The position numbers were made by a program, and so were the translations under genes. A stretch of DNA of 64,000 nt, taken from NCBI GenBank assembly GCA_039621445.1, contig CP154954.1:19020642-19084641 (forward strand), in the 5' to 3' direction. A model generated the notes under the pieces. It was not told the origin of the DNA. It saw nothing but the letters and a program-made list of their open reading frames with translations, and searched no databases. This document shows positions 37,980 to 48,298 of the stretch, piece by piece. Within the stretch, counting starts at the first letter, position 1, and each line of letters begins with the position of its first letter. This DNA comes from Euglena gracilis. Taxonomy: Eukaryota.

Positions 37980-40336
37980 AACCAGGCTGAATACAAGGAT
38001 GCCCCCCCCTAGTCTGACTCCCCGGGGTGTGTGGGGAAGGACACAAGGCCCAGCTGACTCAGTGCCAATGGCACCGGAAGCCCGGAAAAGACCCATTTCC
38101 TGCAAATTCTGTTCATTTTCCCCCATAATGGGCCATTTTTCAATTCTGTGCATTTTCTTGTGTTTCTTCGGCTTTTTTGGTTCATATATGACGTTTGTAT
38201 TTCTTCCCTCTGATTTGGGCACCTTCATGCCATTCACTTCAGGCGGCAAAATCACTTATTTCCACTGATTTTTCTGCTTTTTTGGAGTTTATTCTCACTT
38301 ATTTTGCCGCTTATTTTGGGGAGATTTTTGCGCTTATCCCCCCCCCCCCTCAGGTGGAATTCCTCTTGCCAGGGTGGTCCGTAAGGGACGGGATATATAT
38401 GTATATATATTTTTATTTAAGGACCGCCCCCTTAAAGACCGCCCCCCCCAATACACAAAAACCCGAAAAATTGGACCCGAAAATTTTTTTCCGGCGCCTT
38501 CAACGCCGGCTTTTTTTGACCCATTTTGGGACCCATATGGGAGGTAAAACTAAAAACCCCTCAAAATCCCATTTTTTTCACACCTTTCAAAAGTTCAACA
38601 TTTTCTCAAAAATTTAATTTTGAGAGTTTTTTGAAGCAAAAAAAGCCATTGAAAATTTCCAAGAGAAAAAATGGTACACTTTTTTTTCGACCTTCGTTAT
38701 TTTCCACCCCCCTCCAAAAAATTACCAAATTTAACCCTGAAATCTTTGAGATTTTTTGTGAAAAAAATGTGGGATTCCATCAAAAAATCATTCACTTTTC
38801 AAAAAATATTTCAAAATTTTTTTCGGCCCAAATCCCCTTTTTCCCGAATTTGGTTTTTTCTTGAAATTTTGAAATTTTGTTGAAATTGAAGTTTGCCAAA
38901 AATCTTTTGGCCACTTTGGGGGGGGTTGCCCTTTGAGGGGGGGTGAGGGTATTTCAATGTCCAAAATTCAAAAAGTTGAACTCACAAAAAGCATCGATTG
39001 GACGATCCTCTCTTGTAAAATTTCCTCGAAGGCACGTTTGGAAGGTTTATGTCAATTTACAACACACCTGGGTTGTAAACGAGAAAAAAAAGTGTGTGGG
39101 TTGATGATTTAAAGCTTGAGATAAACAACCAATTGCCCAATTTTTGAAAATGACCCATCAACCTCAAAATGATCATTTTGAGAGGAAAAAGAGCACGGGG
39201 GGGGGGAGAAAGTTGCGCCGTGCAATTTTTGCAATTTTGTGCAATTTTCGATTTTCCTGAAATGTGCAATTTTTTTTTGCAATTTTGTGCAATTAATTGC
39301 ACATGGCCGCTGGATGATGAACAAATTCAGGATGAATGGCGTAAGCATTGCCATCGCATATTGCCACGGCTGATTGTGTTGCAACTTTTTGGGCGAACCG
39401 ACCAGGTAAATTGGCAGAATATGCAGCTTTTCTGGTTTCTGGTATCTCTTTTCTGGTATGTGCAATTTTGTGCAATTTTGTGAATTTTGTGCAATTTCAC
39501 CTCTAACCATCAAAACGGTGAAGTTCCCGGTGGTCCAAAAAATTGGTGCCACCAAAACAACGGGAAGAGGGTGGTGGTGGGGGGGGGTCGACCCCCCCAC
39601 CCACCTGCACACGGGCCGGTGAAAAACTGCACTGGGAATATCTTGCAAATAAGAAAACCCTTCTTGCTCTTTGAAGCCTTTGGCTTGTGTGACATTTGGC
39701 CACAATGCTTGGGGCAAGGCCCAATCTTCTTCAGGCACTTGTGCTCCTTTGCGGCACCACGAATTTCGAAATCCTCAACTCCAACTTCAACCAAAATTTG
39801 CAACAAAAAAACAACAGTTTTTGTATTTTGTCCCTAGGAATCCCAACATAAATAGTTGAATCTGCTCATCCTCAGGAGGGGCGACCCTTGGCCGGTGAAC
39901 CGGTGAAGTTCCAAAAATTTTCCCCAGCGTCTTCGGCAATGGGTGTATTTTAGACCCATTTTGGGACCCATATAGGAGGTCCCACAAACCCCCCCCCCAA
40001 AAATGCTATTGAAAATCCATCAGATTTCCAAAGAGAAAAAATCTAAGTAAATTTGAATGTTCCAAAATTTGGTCCCATTTTTTTGATCTGATTTTTTGAC
40101 CCCCCTCCTAAGAACTAACAATTTTCAACCCTTAATTTTTGGATATTTTTTGGGGGAAAATGTGGTTTTCCATCAAAAAATCATGTATTTTGGGATCATT
40201 TTTCAAAATAATTTTCAAGAATTTTCCCCGGCCAAAATCCCCGTTTTCCCAAAATTGTGTGTTGGGACAGAATTTTTTTTTTAGTTAGGGACCCTCCTGC
40301 AAGAGGCTGGGATTTCGCCGAAATTGGCCTGTTGCT

Positions 40337-40385
40337 GATGCAAAGGTTTGCGTCGGAACGGTCCGCAATGCTGAAGCAGATGCTC
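40337..40385 (+). CDS. Host gene exon
   Basis: Reads MQRFASERSAMLKQML. Intron 40386-41509 is GGT-CATGGGTTT / GGACCCATG-GGGAC|G. Confidence 0.75.
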
Positions 40386-41509
40386 GGTCATGGGTTTCTT
40401 CAGGCTGTTGTGTACCCCTTTCAAGAGGCAGCAACCAGGTCTCTACTATTCAGCCTCTAAATTTCTTTGCTTGCGGAGGGTTTTACTCTTCCTCCTCAAA
40501 GTTTCAAAAAGGAGCATTTCATGTTCCTTTGTCTGAAGATTTTTCAAAAAAACAGAACTAGGGCGTCACTTAAGCCGAAGGGCACCCCATCCCCTGGGGG
40601 GGTCGAGCCAACCATTTTTTGACAAAGGGTTAAAAAACCCCGATTTTTTGGATGGTTAATTGGCTGTTTTTTTTTTTTTGCGTAATTGGCTGCTTTTGTT
40701 GACATTTTTGCAGTTTCGATTTTTTTGGCACCCGGTTCGACCCCCGGTCAGACCCAGTTCCAGTAAGGGGGACCCCTTTGGCGGAGGCAGCCTTTTCCCG
40801 CCAGCCCAAATTTCCAACCTCGAAGCTGGACCTCCCCTGGGGGGTTGCCATGCGACGCCATGTTTGAAACAAAACCCCTTTGACCCTGTGTTCCTGCAGC
40901 GACCCTCTATTTTGGGACCTCGTCATTTTCCACTGTTGAGACTCAGGGAACAGACCCAACCTTGGTGTTTTTTGGCCTGTGCGCCTTTTCGGGCAACAGA
41001 AATGGCCCGAGTTGTGGCCATTTTACAGTGGCTTGCCTCCAAGTGCTGCACACTTGGGATGGTTTGACTTTGCGTTTTTTGGGACCATTTTGGGGGTCAA
41101 GGAATCAGATTTTTCAATTTCTGTGTGCATTTGTGTTTTGGTGGTGACTTTTTTTGCTCACTGCTGGCAATAGCTTGATCCGAAAATTGTTTTTCAGATT
41201 TATTTTATTTTGTGATTAATGTTTTGTTTTGTTTTGACATTTTTGTGTTCTTTTTGGGACCAGGAAGTTCAAAAAGTGCAAATGCTGTTGTTCGGATATT
41301 CGATCACCCAGGTACCGAAAATGGATTTAATTGAACTTGTGCTTTTTTCTCTTGCACTATTTCCATGTATTTCTGATTTTTTTTGCATTTTTTTCATGTC
41401 GCATTTTGGAGAGTCCCTTATCGCGTCCCTGATGAGAACGCTAAACAGGATGAGGAATGAAATAATCATGATGATGACAGTGACCATCGATGGAGGGACC
41501 CATGGGGAC

Positions 41510-41535
41510 GTTGCCGAGGCTAAGTTGTTGGATGC
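41510..41535 (+). CDS. 26-nt micro-exon (VAEAKLLDA)
   Basis: Intron 41536-42242 is AGA-CAGAGCTG / CGGCTCTG-GCCCC|G, phase 2. Confidence 0.7.
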
Positions 41536-42242
41536 AGACAGAGCTGTGACGTTTTTCTGGATGTTTGGGTTGTTTCTCACTTCTGTCAAGCCAGTGGTAG
41601 CAGCAGTGCGTGACTGACTGAACCTTTTCGACTTTTTGATTTACCCCCCCCCCATTTAGTACGACCAATGAAATTTTTTGAAAATGACCCCCCCATTTCT
41701 TACGACCACCTTTGGATTTTCCACCAACTCAAAAAGGTAAACAATTTTTTCCTTACAGCGTGCTTGTTGTTTTTTGAACCCTCGGGTTTTTTTTTTTGCT
41801 GCCTAGGGAGAGGGGGGATAAGCAGGGCTATGGGAATCTTGGAAACACGGCTGAATTACGCACCCATATCTGGTGACAGCCCAGCTCCCCTGGGGGGCGC
41901 TGCCAGCCCTGAAAACCAGCCCCCTTTTGGGGGGTCCAGGCAAAAATTTTGTTGAGGTCAAAAAATGGCCAAAAATAATGTTTTGGGCGTGCCCTTTTTT
42001 TGGAGGGGGGTGTGGGTGTTACGGGGGTCGGGTGGGGGGGAAGGCATTCCAGGGTTGAAAGGCCTTCTCTAGAGAGGTTTCAACGTGTTCCGGGGGGGGG
42101 GAGCGCACAGACAAAAGGGCCAGAGGCGAACAACAGCACCAGGCCAGAAGAAGGGATAAAAGGCACCAAAAAACAGCCACAGTGCACACAGGGGGGGGGA
42201 GCGCTGGGGCACCCACCGTGCAGTCCGGCCGGCTCTGGCCCC

Positions 42243-42392
42243 GTGCGCCGCCCACCGGGTCGCCGCGGCGCACCGCGCGGCCGCGCTGGAGCGGGCCACT
42301 GCCCAGCTCGTCCACGCCGCGCTGCGGCAGGCGGTGGCGGAGGCGGCGGCGGAGGCGCGGGCCCGGGACATGAGCCCGCCGAAGCGCGGCAC
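42243..42392 (+). CDS. Host gene exon
   Basis: GC3-rich; reads CAAHRVAAAHRAAALERATAQLVHAALRQAVAEAAAEARARDMSPPKRG. Intron 42393-43228 is AGC-CAGCCGCCTTTGG / CCATGGGCCGCTG-TGGCC|G. Confidence 0.8.
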
Positions 42393-43228
42393 AGCCAGCC
42401 GCCTTTGGCTGCCCACCAACGCCTGTCAGTGGATCTTCTGTTGGTGAGTGGGGGAAGGGTTCGGCAGTGTTGGTAATGAACCAAATGCCACAGCAATTTT
42501 TCTTTGCTTGCTGGTCTTTGGTGGCTTGAATTATTTGTATCTGAAACCACACCAACCTCACCTGCCAGGACCATGGACTCTCTGGCATAAATCTAAATTT
42601 TCTAAATAATCCAAATTTTCTTTTGGTGTTTTGCACCAGTTTATCATATTGTTCCCCAGAAAAAAAGTTAGGAAAGTGCCAGCAAGCACACTTTCTGGTT
42701 GATCCGGGGCGGGAAAATTCTGGCCTTGGGCGAAAACCAGTCTTCATCCCCATTTGAAAACGCTTTCTGGACCAGCAGTAGTCTGGATCGGGAACAAATT
42801 CTGTTGCGCTGTCAATGTGATGAGCGTCAAAGAGAAGGATTGGCTGCCCCTTCTTGGGCAACAGAAAATCACTGTACTGTGGTGGAGTTGTGTGGGCGTT
42901 GCTGCTGCTCCCGGTTGACCCTCTCCATCGTCGACTGCAGGTCCTTGTCCTTCCCCGTCACATGCAAACTTGGCCCCCCTACAGTTGGCCTTCAGCCTTA
43001 ACTTTCAGCCTTGACCCTATTATTCGGCTTACCTTGACCACTTTGTGCATGGCCCGCTGAAAGTTGGTTGGCCACCTGGCCTGGCCTTACCTTGACTCGT
43101 GGCCCAGCCAAGCGCCCCCGGGAGGGGGAGGTCAGCTGCTTCTCGATGGGGGCGGCCATAAGATCGCCTTAATCAGTTATGTTCTCCGGGCAGTTTGAGC
43201 GCCCATCCGTCCATGGGCCGCTGTGGCC

Positions 43229-43394
43229 GTCCTTGCGCCTGCGGCCGGAGGTGGTTCGGGAGGTGGCGGAGCAGCACGCCGTCACGGTGTCGCCGGTGAA
43301 GGCGGCCCCGCCCGCCCCGCCCCCCCAGGCGGTGCGGCCGGGGGAGGCCCGGCCGGAAAAGACGGGCCGCCGGGTTTTCATCCGCCGGCAGGGC
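43229..43394 (+). CDS. Host gene exon
   Basis: GC3-rich; reads SLRLRPEVVREVAEQHAV...RRVFIRRQG. Intron 43395-45037 is GCA-CAGGAGC / GCTCCTG-CGGCC|G. Confidence 0.8.
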
Positions 43395-45037
43395 GCACAG
43401 GAGCCGCTGGTTTTTTTTTGGAGTGAAGGCGTATTCCAAAATCACGTAGAATCACGTAACCCCCCCCCCCCCCAACTAACCCCCCCCCCCCTCGGGGGTA
43501 GCAAACCCCCCTGTTTTCCTTTAGTTTTCCATGTATCAATAACACACCCTTATGGCTAGGATTCTAGGCCTGACGTTTGGCATAGACGCGGGGCTGAAGT
43601 GGGGCTTAAAGTGGCCTTCGCTTAAAGACCCCCGGGGCAGGGCAGAACGGGAAGCGGCCAAACAGCCAGGGTGGTGGGTGGGGGGGTCGACCCCCACCTC
43701 TTCCCGTATTTCCGGAAGGACCAATTTTTGGACCCGAAAATTTTTTTCCTTCAACGCCGGGTGTTTTTTTGAGCCATTTCGGGACCCATATAGGAGGTCC
43801 CCCCAAAAAACCCCCAAACCCCATTTTTTTCACACCTTCCAAATTTGAGCATTTTCTCAAAATTTTGCTTTTGAGAGTTTTTGAAGCAAACAGTGCCATT
43901 GAAAATGCAAAAAAATTCAAAGAAAGAAAATGTCAGTAAAATTTGACTGTGCCAAAATTTGGTCCATTTTTTGACCTTTGTTTTTTCACCCTCCTCCTAA
44001 AAACTACCAATTTATAAACCTGAAAATTTTGAGATTTTAAATAAAAAAAAAAATGTGTTTTTCCATCAAAAAATCATTCATTTGAGTTCAATTTTTTAAA
44101 AAAAATTCAAAAAACTTCCCCGGCCAACATCCGTTTTCCCAAAATTGGTGACAATGCTGTGGTGGGTGGGGGGGGGTCGACCCCACCCCCCTCCTCCCAG
44201 GTGGGGGGGCGACCCCCCCCCCAACCAGTCCTTCCCATTCTGCCCCTGGGGGGTTCCACTGGACTGAACTTTCCACTGGCTGGGGAAAAAGCCACCAGCT
44301 ATCCCCCCCGGGAGGGGGGGTCCCAGCGTCCACCCACCAGGCCTTCCCTTTTTCAGGTCAAATTATCCTTCGGCGCCGAAGGAATTTTCTTTGCGCCGGT
44401 GCCAATGGTGGGAGGGGGAGGTCGACCCCCTGGACCTCCCGGGTGGGGACCCCCCCCCCCCACCAGACCTTCCCATACAGCCCTGCCAATCGCCCCCAAA
44501 ATTGACCCCCGGGGGATATGGTTGCTGTGGGGGGCACCCATACGCAAAGCACCCCTTGGGACAAAGAAGCTGGCTCCCACCTCATGTTCTCCAGAGCCCC
44601 AACAGAACAGCTTTGGGGAGCGTTGCATTTCCATCTGGACGGAGCAACCCTGCCCCCCCCCAGTTCGACATGTGTGGCCACCCGATGGGAAAAGCGTCCC
44701 CAGCAGGGGTTTTTTTTTTAGTGTTGGACCCGGGGGGGGGGGAGGGGGGGGGGGTGTGGCCGGACACACCCACCGGCGGGTACCTCTTTTTGGCTGGTGG
44801 GTGCCCGGCACCGAAGGCGCCGGATTTTTTTTTTTTGACCAGCGCCAAAGGCGCCGATTGCATGCATTTTCTTTGTCGCGCCTCTCGACCCCCCCCCCCC
44901 TAAAAGTGGGTCGGGACACCCCCGGGGGGGGGTCCCGACCACTTTTAGGTCCGACCGTCAGGGGGTGGGTGGGGGGGGGACCCCTCCCCCGGTCTGTTTT
45001 AAAAAAATGCCTGTCCCCAACACCAGCTCCTGCGGCC

Positions 45038-45166
45038 GAGCGGCTCCGGAAGCAGCGGGAGGAGGCGGCCGGGGGCCTGTGGTCCGCCAAAGACCTGTCC
45101 CTGCTGCGGAAACAGCAGGCCGTGGGCCGAACGATGGTAAACCCGAATGCGCTGACGTTGCCGCCT
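45038..45166 (+). CDS. Host gene exon
   Basis: Reads ERLRKQREEAAGGLWSAKDLSLLRKQQAVGRTMVNPNALTLPP. Intron 45167-46798 is TCC-CAGAGATGGGCT / GGCCCACCTCTG-CCTGC|A. Confidence 0.7.
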
Positions 45167-45695
45167 TCCCAGAGATGGGCTCGCAACCCCCGAGGGAATG
45201 GGGCGTGGGCGTGCTCTAAGCCCCCTTCCTATTCATGTCTGGTTCCATGGGTGAACCCTAATTTAACCATCACCTTAAGCTCGCCCTAAACCTTCCCCAA
45301 ACCCTATTTTGGCAGCGAGCACCCTGTGTTGGACGAATGGTGGACACCACAGTTCTGGTGTTGTCTCTTTGGTGATGGGGATGTAGGGGGATCAAAAGTT
45401 TTAAGGGGAGGTTCATATTTGGTTGGAGGGGGGATTGAGTTTCATGAAACCCACATTATGTTGCTGAGCTTGCACCTTAGTTTTTGTTCTGTAAGTGCTG
45501 GTTTCAGGAAAAGACGCTCATTTTGCAATAAATGCACATTCAAGGGGTCAAAATTTTGGGATATGCTGGTGCAGATCTGAGGGGAGGTCTTATTTAGGTT
45601 TTTTCTGTATGCTGCATTGTGTGTTGCCGGTGGTGGGAAAGTTTAGTCGCAAATGGCAGAACTTTTTTTGTTGGCCATTTATGAAAGAACTGCTT

Positions 45696-46128
45696 TAACC
45701 CCCCCCCCAAATACCTACCCCCCCCCCCCCCGGGAAACTGTTACCTGACAGGTTGGCCAGTACCCGGGACCCTGACAACTTCCTATCATGACAGGTTGGC
45801 CGGTACCAGGGACCCTGACAGTTTCCCGGGCGGGACCCTGACAGTTTCCCGGGTAGGACATTTCAAGGGAAAGTCAATAAAAAAATGACCCTGACAGGTT
45901 GGCCGGTACCGGGGACCCTGACAACTTCCTATACTGACAGGTTGGCCGGTACCGGGGACCCTATACTGACAGGTTGGCCGGTACCGGGGACCCTGACAGT
46001 TTCCCGGGCGGGACCCTGACAGGTTCTCAGGCATGACAGTTTCCCCGGGGGGGGGGTAGGTAATACCCCCCCGGGGTATTATTTTTTCGCCCAAAGTCCC
46101 GGCCCGAGGGTGTTATTTGGGGGGGTAA
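45696..46128. mobile_element. Nested small TIR elements with an internal CTGACAGGTTGGCCGGTACCGGGGACC tandem array
   Basis: Outer ends TAACCCCC..AAATA / TATTTGGGGGGGTAA; inner ends TACCTACCCC..GGAAACTGT / ACAGTTTCCCC..GGTAGGTA. Confidence 0.6.
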
Positions 46129-46798
46129 CAGCACCCCAGAATTTTCGAAATTTTTCGAAGTCCCGTGGGACCCAAAATAGCACCCAAACCCTGGGGTCGT
46201 TTTTTTGTCCTTTCTGTTCTTTTTGGAGGCCAGATGATCAATTTTTTCGTAATTTGTTGTCAGAGATTGTTATTTTCCCCCACATTTTCAGGTCAAAATC
46301 CGGGTCGTCAGCCCGAGATTGGGGGGGGGGGGGTATTAACTCGGTGGCCGAAGTCGGACCCCGAGGGGGGGGTATGATTTTGGGGGAGGGTTTACTGAAG
46401 GATGTTCTTTGGGGTTCGGATCATTTTTTTTTGGTTGAGAATTTTATGTGCAGAAACATTTTTTTTCACTTGAGAGAGAGAGAGAGAGAGATATATATAT
46501 ATATGTATATATATTCTCTTTTTTTTGTACATCCAATTAACTCTCCGCCTTCTTCAGTCTTCAGTCTCCTCACCCGCATTTTCTAAGAGGTGAGAGGTTG
46601 ATAACCCAGGGTATGTCGCCAAACGTGTTGCCACCGACCCCGACCCCGACATTGCTGCCTTTATTGGCTGCTTTGTCATTATGGCAGATCTAATGCCTTT
46701 TACCGGATGACTTTTCCTGCTGGGGGGGAGCAATCAGATGCATTGGCTTTGTTCATTAGTTCAAATGCCTGGAAGGTGCCTGGCCCACCTCTGCCTGC

Positions 46799-46809
46799 AT
46801 TGTTTCACC
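46799..46809 (+). CDS. Putative 4-11-nt micro-exon
   Basis: Followed by TCACCATTCAA, which pairs with TTGAGTGGTGA (46939-46949). Several registers keep the frame. Confidence 0.4.
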
Positions 46810-46946
46810 ATTCAATGTCCAAGCCCCACTTCTAACCTGACTTTCCACCTGGCCTTTGCTTTCCATGTCCTGGGTGAGGCTTCTGAGCCGTTGACCGCCT
46901 CCGATTAACGCACTTCCCGGTGCGTCGTTTTTTTTTTTTTGAGTGG

Positions 46947-46998
46947 TGACGATGAAGCTGTGAAGTGGAATGAAACACTGAGGAAGAAACTTGGCGGA
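46947..46998 (+). CDS. Host gene exon (5' boundary uncertain by ~7 nt)
   Basis: Reads (DD)EAVKWNETLRKKLGG. Unspliced read-through hits TAA after 5 codons; the spliced product stays open. Confidence 0.6.
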
Positions 46999-47001
46999 GA
47001 C

Positions 47002-47201
47002 CAGGCTTTTGCTTAAGGGATTGCAGGGCCCCCCCCCCCCGCGGGGGGGGGGGGGCTGGACTGCGGCTAGTCCAAATTTGGCTAGTGGGTTTTCTAGCAG
47101 ACCCCCCCCGGGGGGGTCTAGCTAGTCCACTTTTTCCAGTGTCCAGCCGATTGGCTAGTCAGTGTCCCCTACCCCCCCCCGGGATCTTAAACAAAAGCCT
47201 G
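47002..47201. mobile_element. hAT-like MITE with perfect 8-bp TSD GCGGAGAC, coinciding with predicted nonconventional intron 46999-47206
   Basis: TIR CAGGCTTTTGCTTAAG / CTTAAACAAAAGCCTG; TSD at 46994-47001 and 47202-47209. A relative starts at ~33205. Confidence 0.9.
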
Positions 47202-47206
47202 GCGGA

Positions 47207-47338
47207 GACGCCACTTTCCTCAGAGTTCTGGCCGGGGCGTTTCTTTCGCCAGAGGGGAGCCCACTGACCCAGGGCCGCCCTCAGACGTCCTCCTTTTTTC
47301 CATTGAGGACCGTCCCTTGCGGACAGTCCTTGGGCTGA
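47207..47338 (+). CDS. Probable last (or near-last) exon of the host gene
   Basis: Reads DATFLRVLAGAFLSPEGSPLTQGRPQTSS..., open for 43 codons to TGA at 47336-47338. Confidence 0.55.
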   Translation, partial: DATFLRVLAGAFLSPEGSPLTQGRPQTSSFFPLRTVPCGQSLG

Positions 47339-47945
47339 GGGGCTGGCCAACGGCCAGCCTGAGGCTCGAACGGGGCAAAAATCAAAAGTCGAAGAACGCA
47401 TTTTTGACGTTTTGGGTGGATGGGCGATGGTCCAAGGCTGCAGAAATCACTTTTCTGTGTTGTTGGAAAGGCCTGCAAGCCCTGGGGGGCAAGTTATGGT
47501 CTGATGCCAACAGAGGAAGCTTTAATCTTCAATGGGCCATGTTGTACCTCGATACCCGGATACCCCTTTTCTAATTTCTCACCCAAATGAGGTCGAGTTT
47601 CCATCATTTCCTTTCCATCACTTTCTGTTCAAAGGAGCCTCAGCGACTTCTTTATGCATTCTGTCACATGTTCCGCTCCCCCTTTCCCATCTGTCCATCA
47701 CACACCCAGGTGATGGAAGTGCTCATGGCCTGCCATTTCTGCAATCTGTCGCCACATGGGTGATATGGGTGACTTGGGCAGCGTGGCTTGGGTGTCACCC
47801 GCGCCAGCCAAGAGTCCGGCACGCTTCGTCCCAAGCATTTTCATACGTTCACAAAGTAGAAAGTTTTCTTTTTGTTAACGTTGCTCACTCTCAACTCGGT
47901 GGAATTGGATGGCATGCCCCGGAGAGGCACTCCAAGAATCCAGAC

Positions 47946-48298
47946 CAGGCAATTGCTTAAGCACTGACCAACCCCCCCCCCCCCCCGGGGGGGGGGGGGG
48001 GACTGGTTTTTTCAGAGTGACTGACTGGTTTTTGGCCCGGACCCCTCCCCCCCCGGGGGGGTTGGCCAGGAGTGGGCAAAAGTGGCTTGAGTGACCCCGG
48101 CGCCGAAGGCGCCGGAAAAATTCTTTGGGCCTAAAATGGCCTAAAGTGACTGGAAAGTGGCCGTTTTTCTGAGTGGCCGACCCCCCCCCGGGGGTAGTGA
48201 CTGGCTGGTTTTTTGAAAATGAGTGACTGACTGGTTTTTAAAAAAAGTGGAGTGACCCCCCCTCCCCCCCCCCCGGGGGGTCGGTAAGCAATTGTATG
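47946..48298. mobile_element. hAT-like MITE (CAGGCAATTGCTTA...TAAGCAATTGTATG), perfect 8-bp TSD ATCCAGAC
   Basis: TSD at 47938-47945 and 48299-48306; GTGACTGG subterminal motifs. Confidence 0.88.

Noticed and set aside
39300-39410. Protein-like island (WPLDDEQIQDEWRKHC...) inside intron 37980-40336
   Set aside because: The flanking exons join in frame without it, and no paired ends were found. Possibly a TE relic or alternative exon.
44159-45289. 376-aa ORF as a single gene
   Set aside because: Mostly poly-G/C repeat sequence; only 45038-45166 looks exonic.
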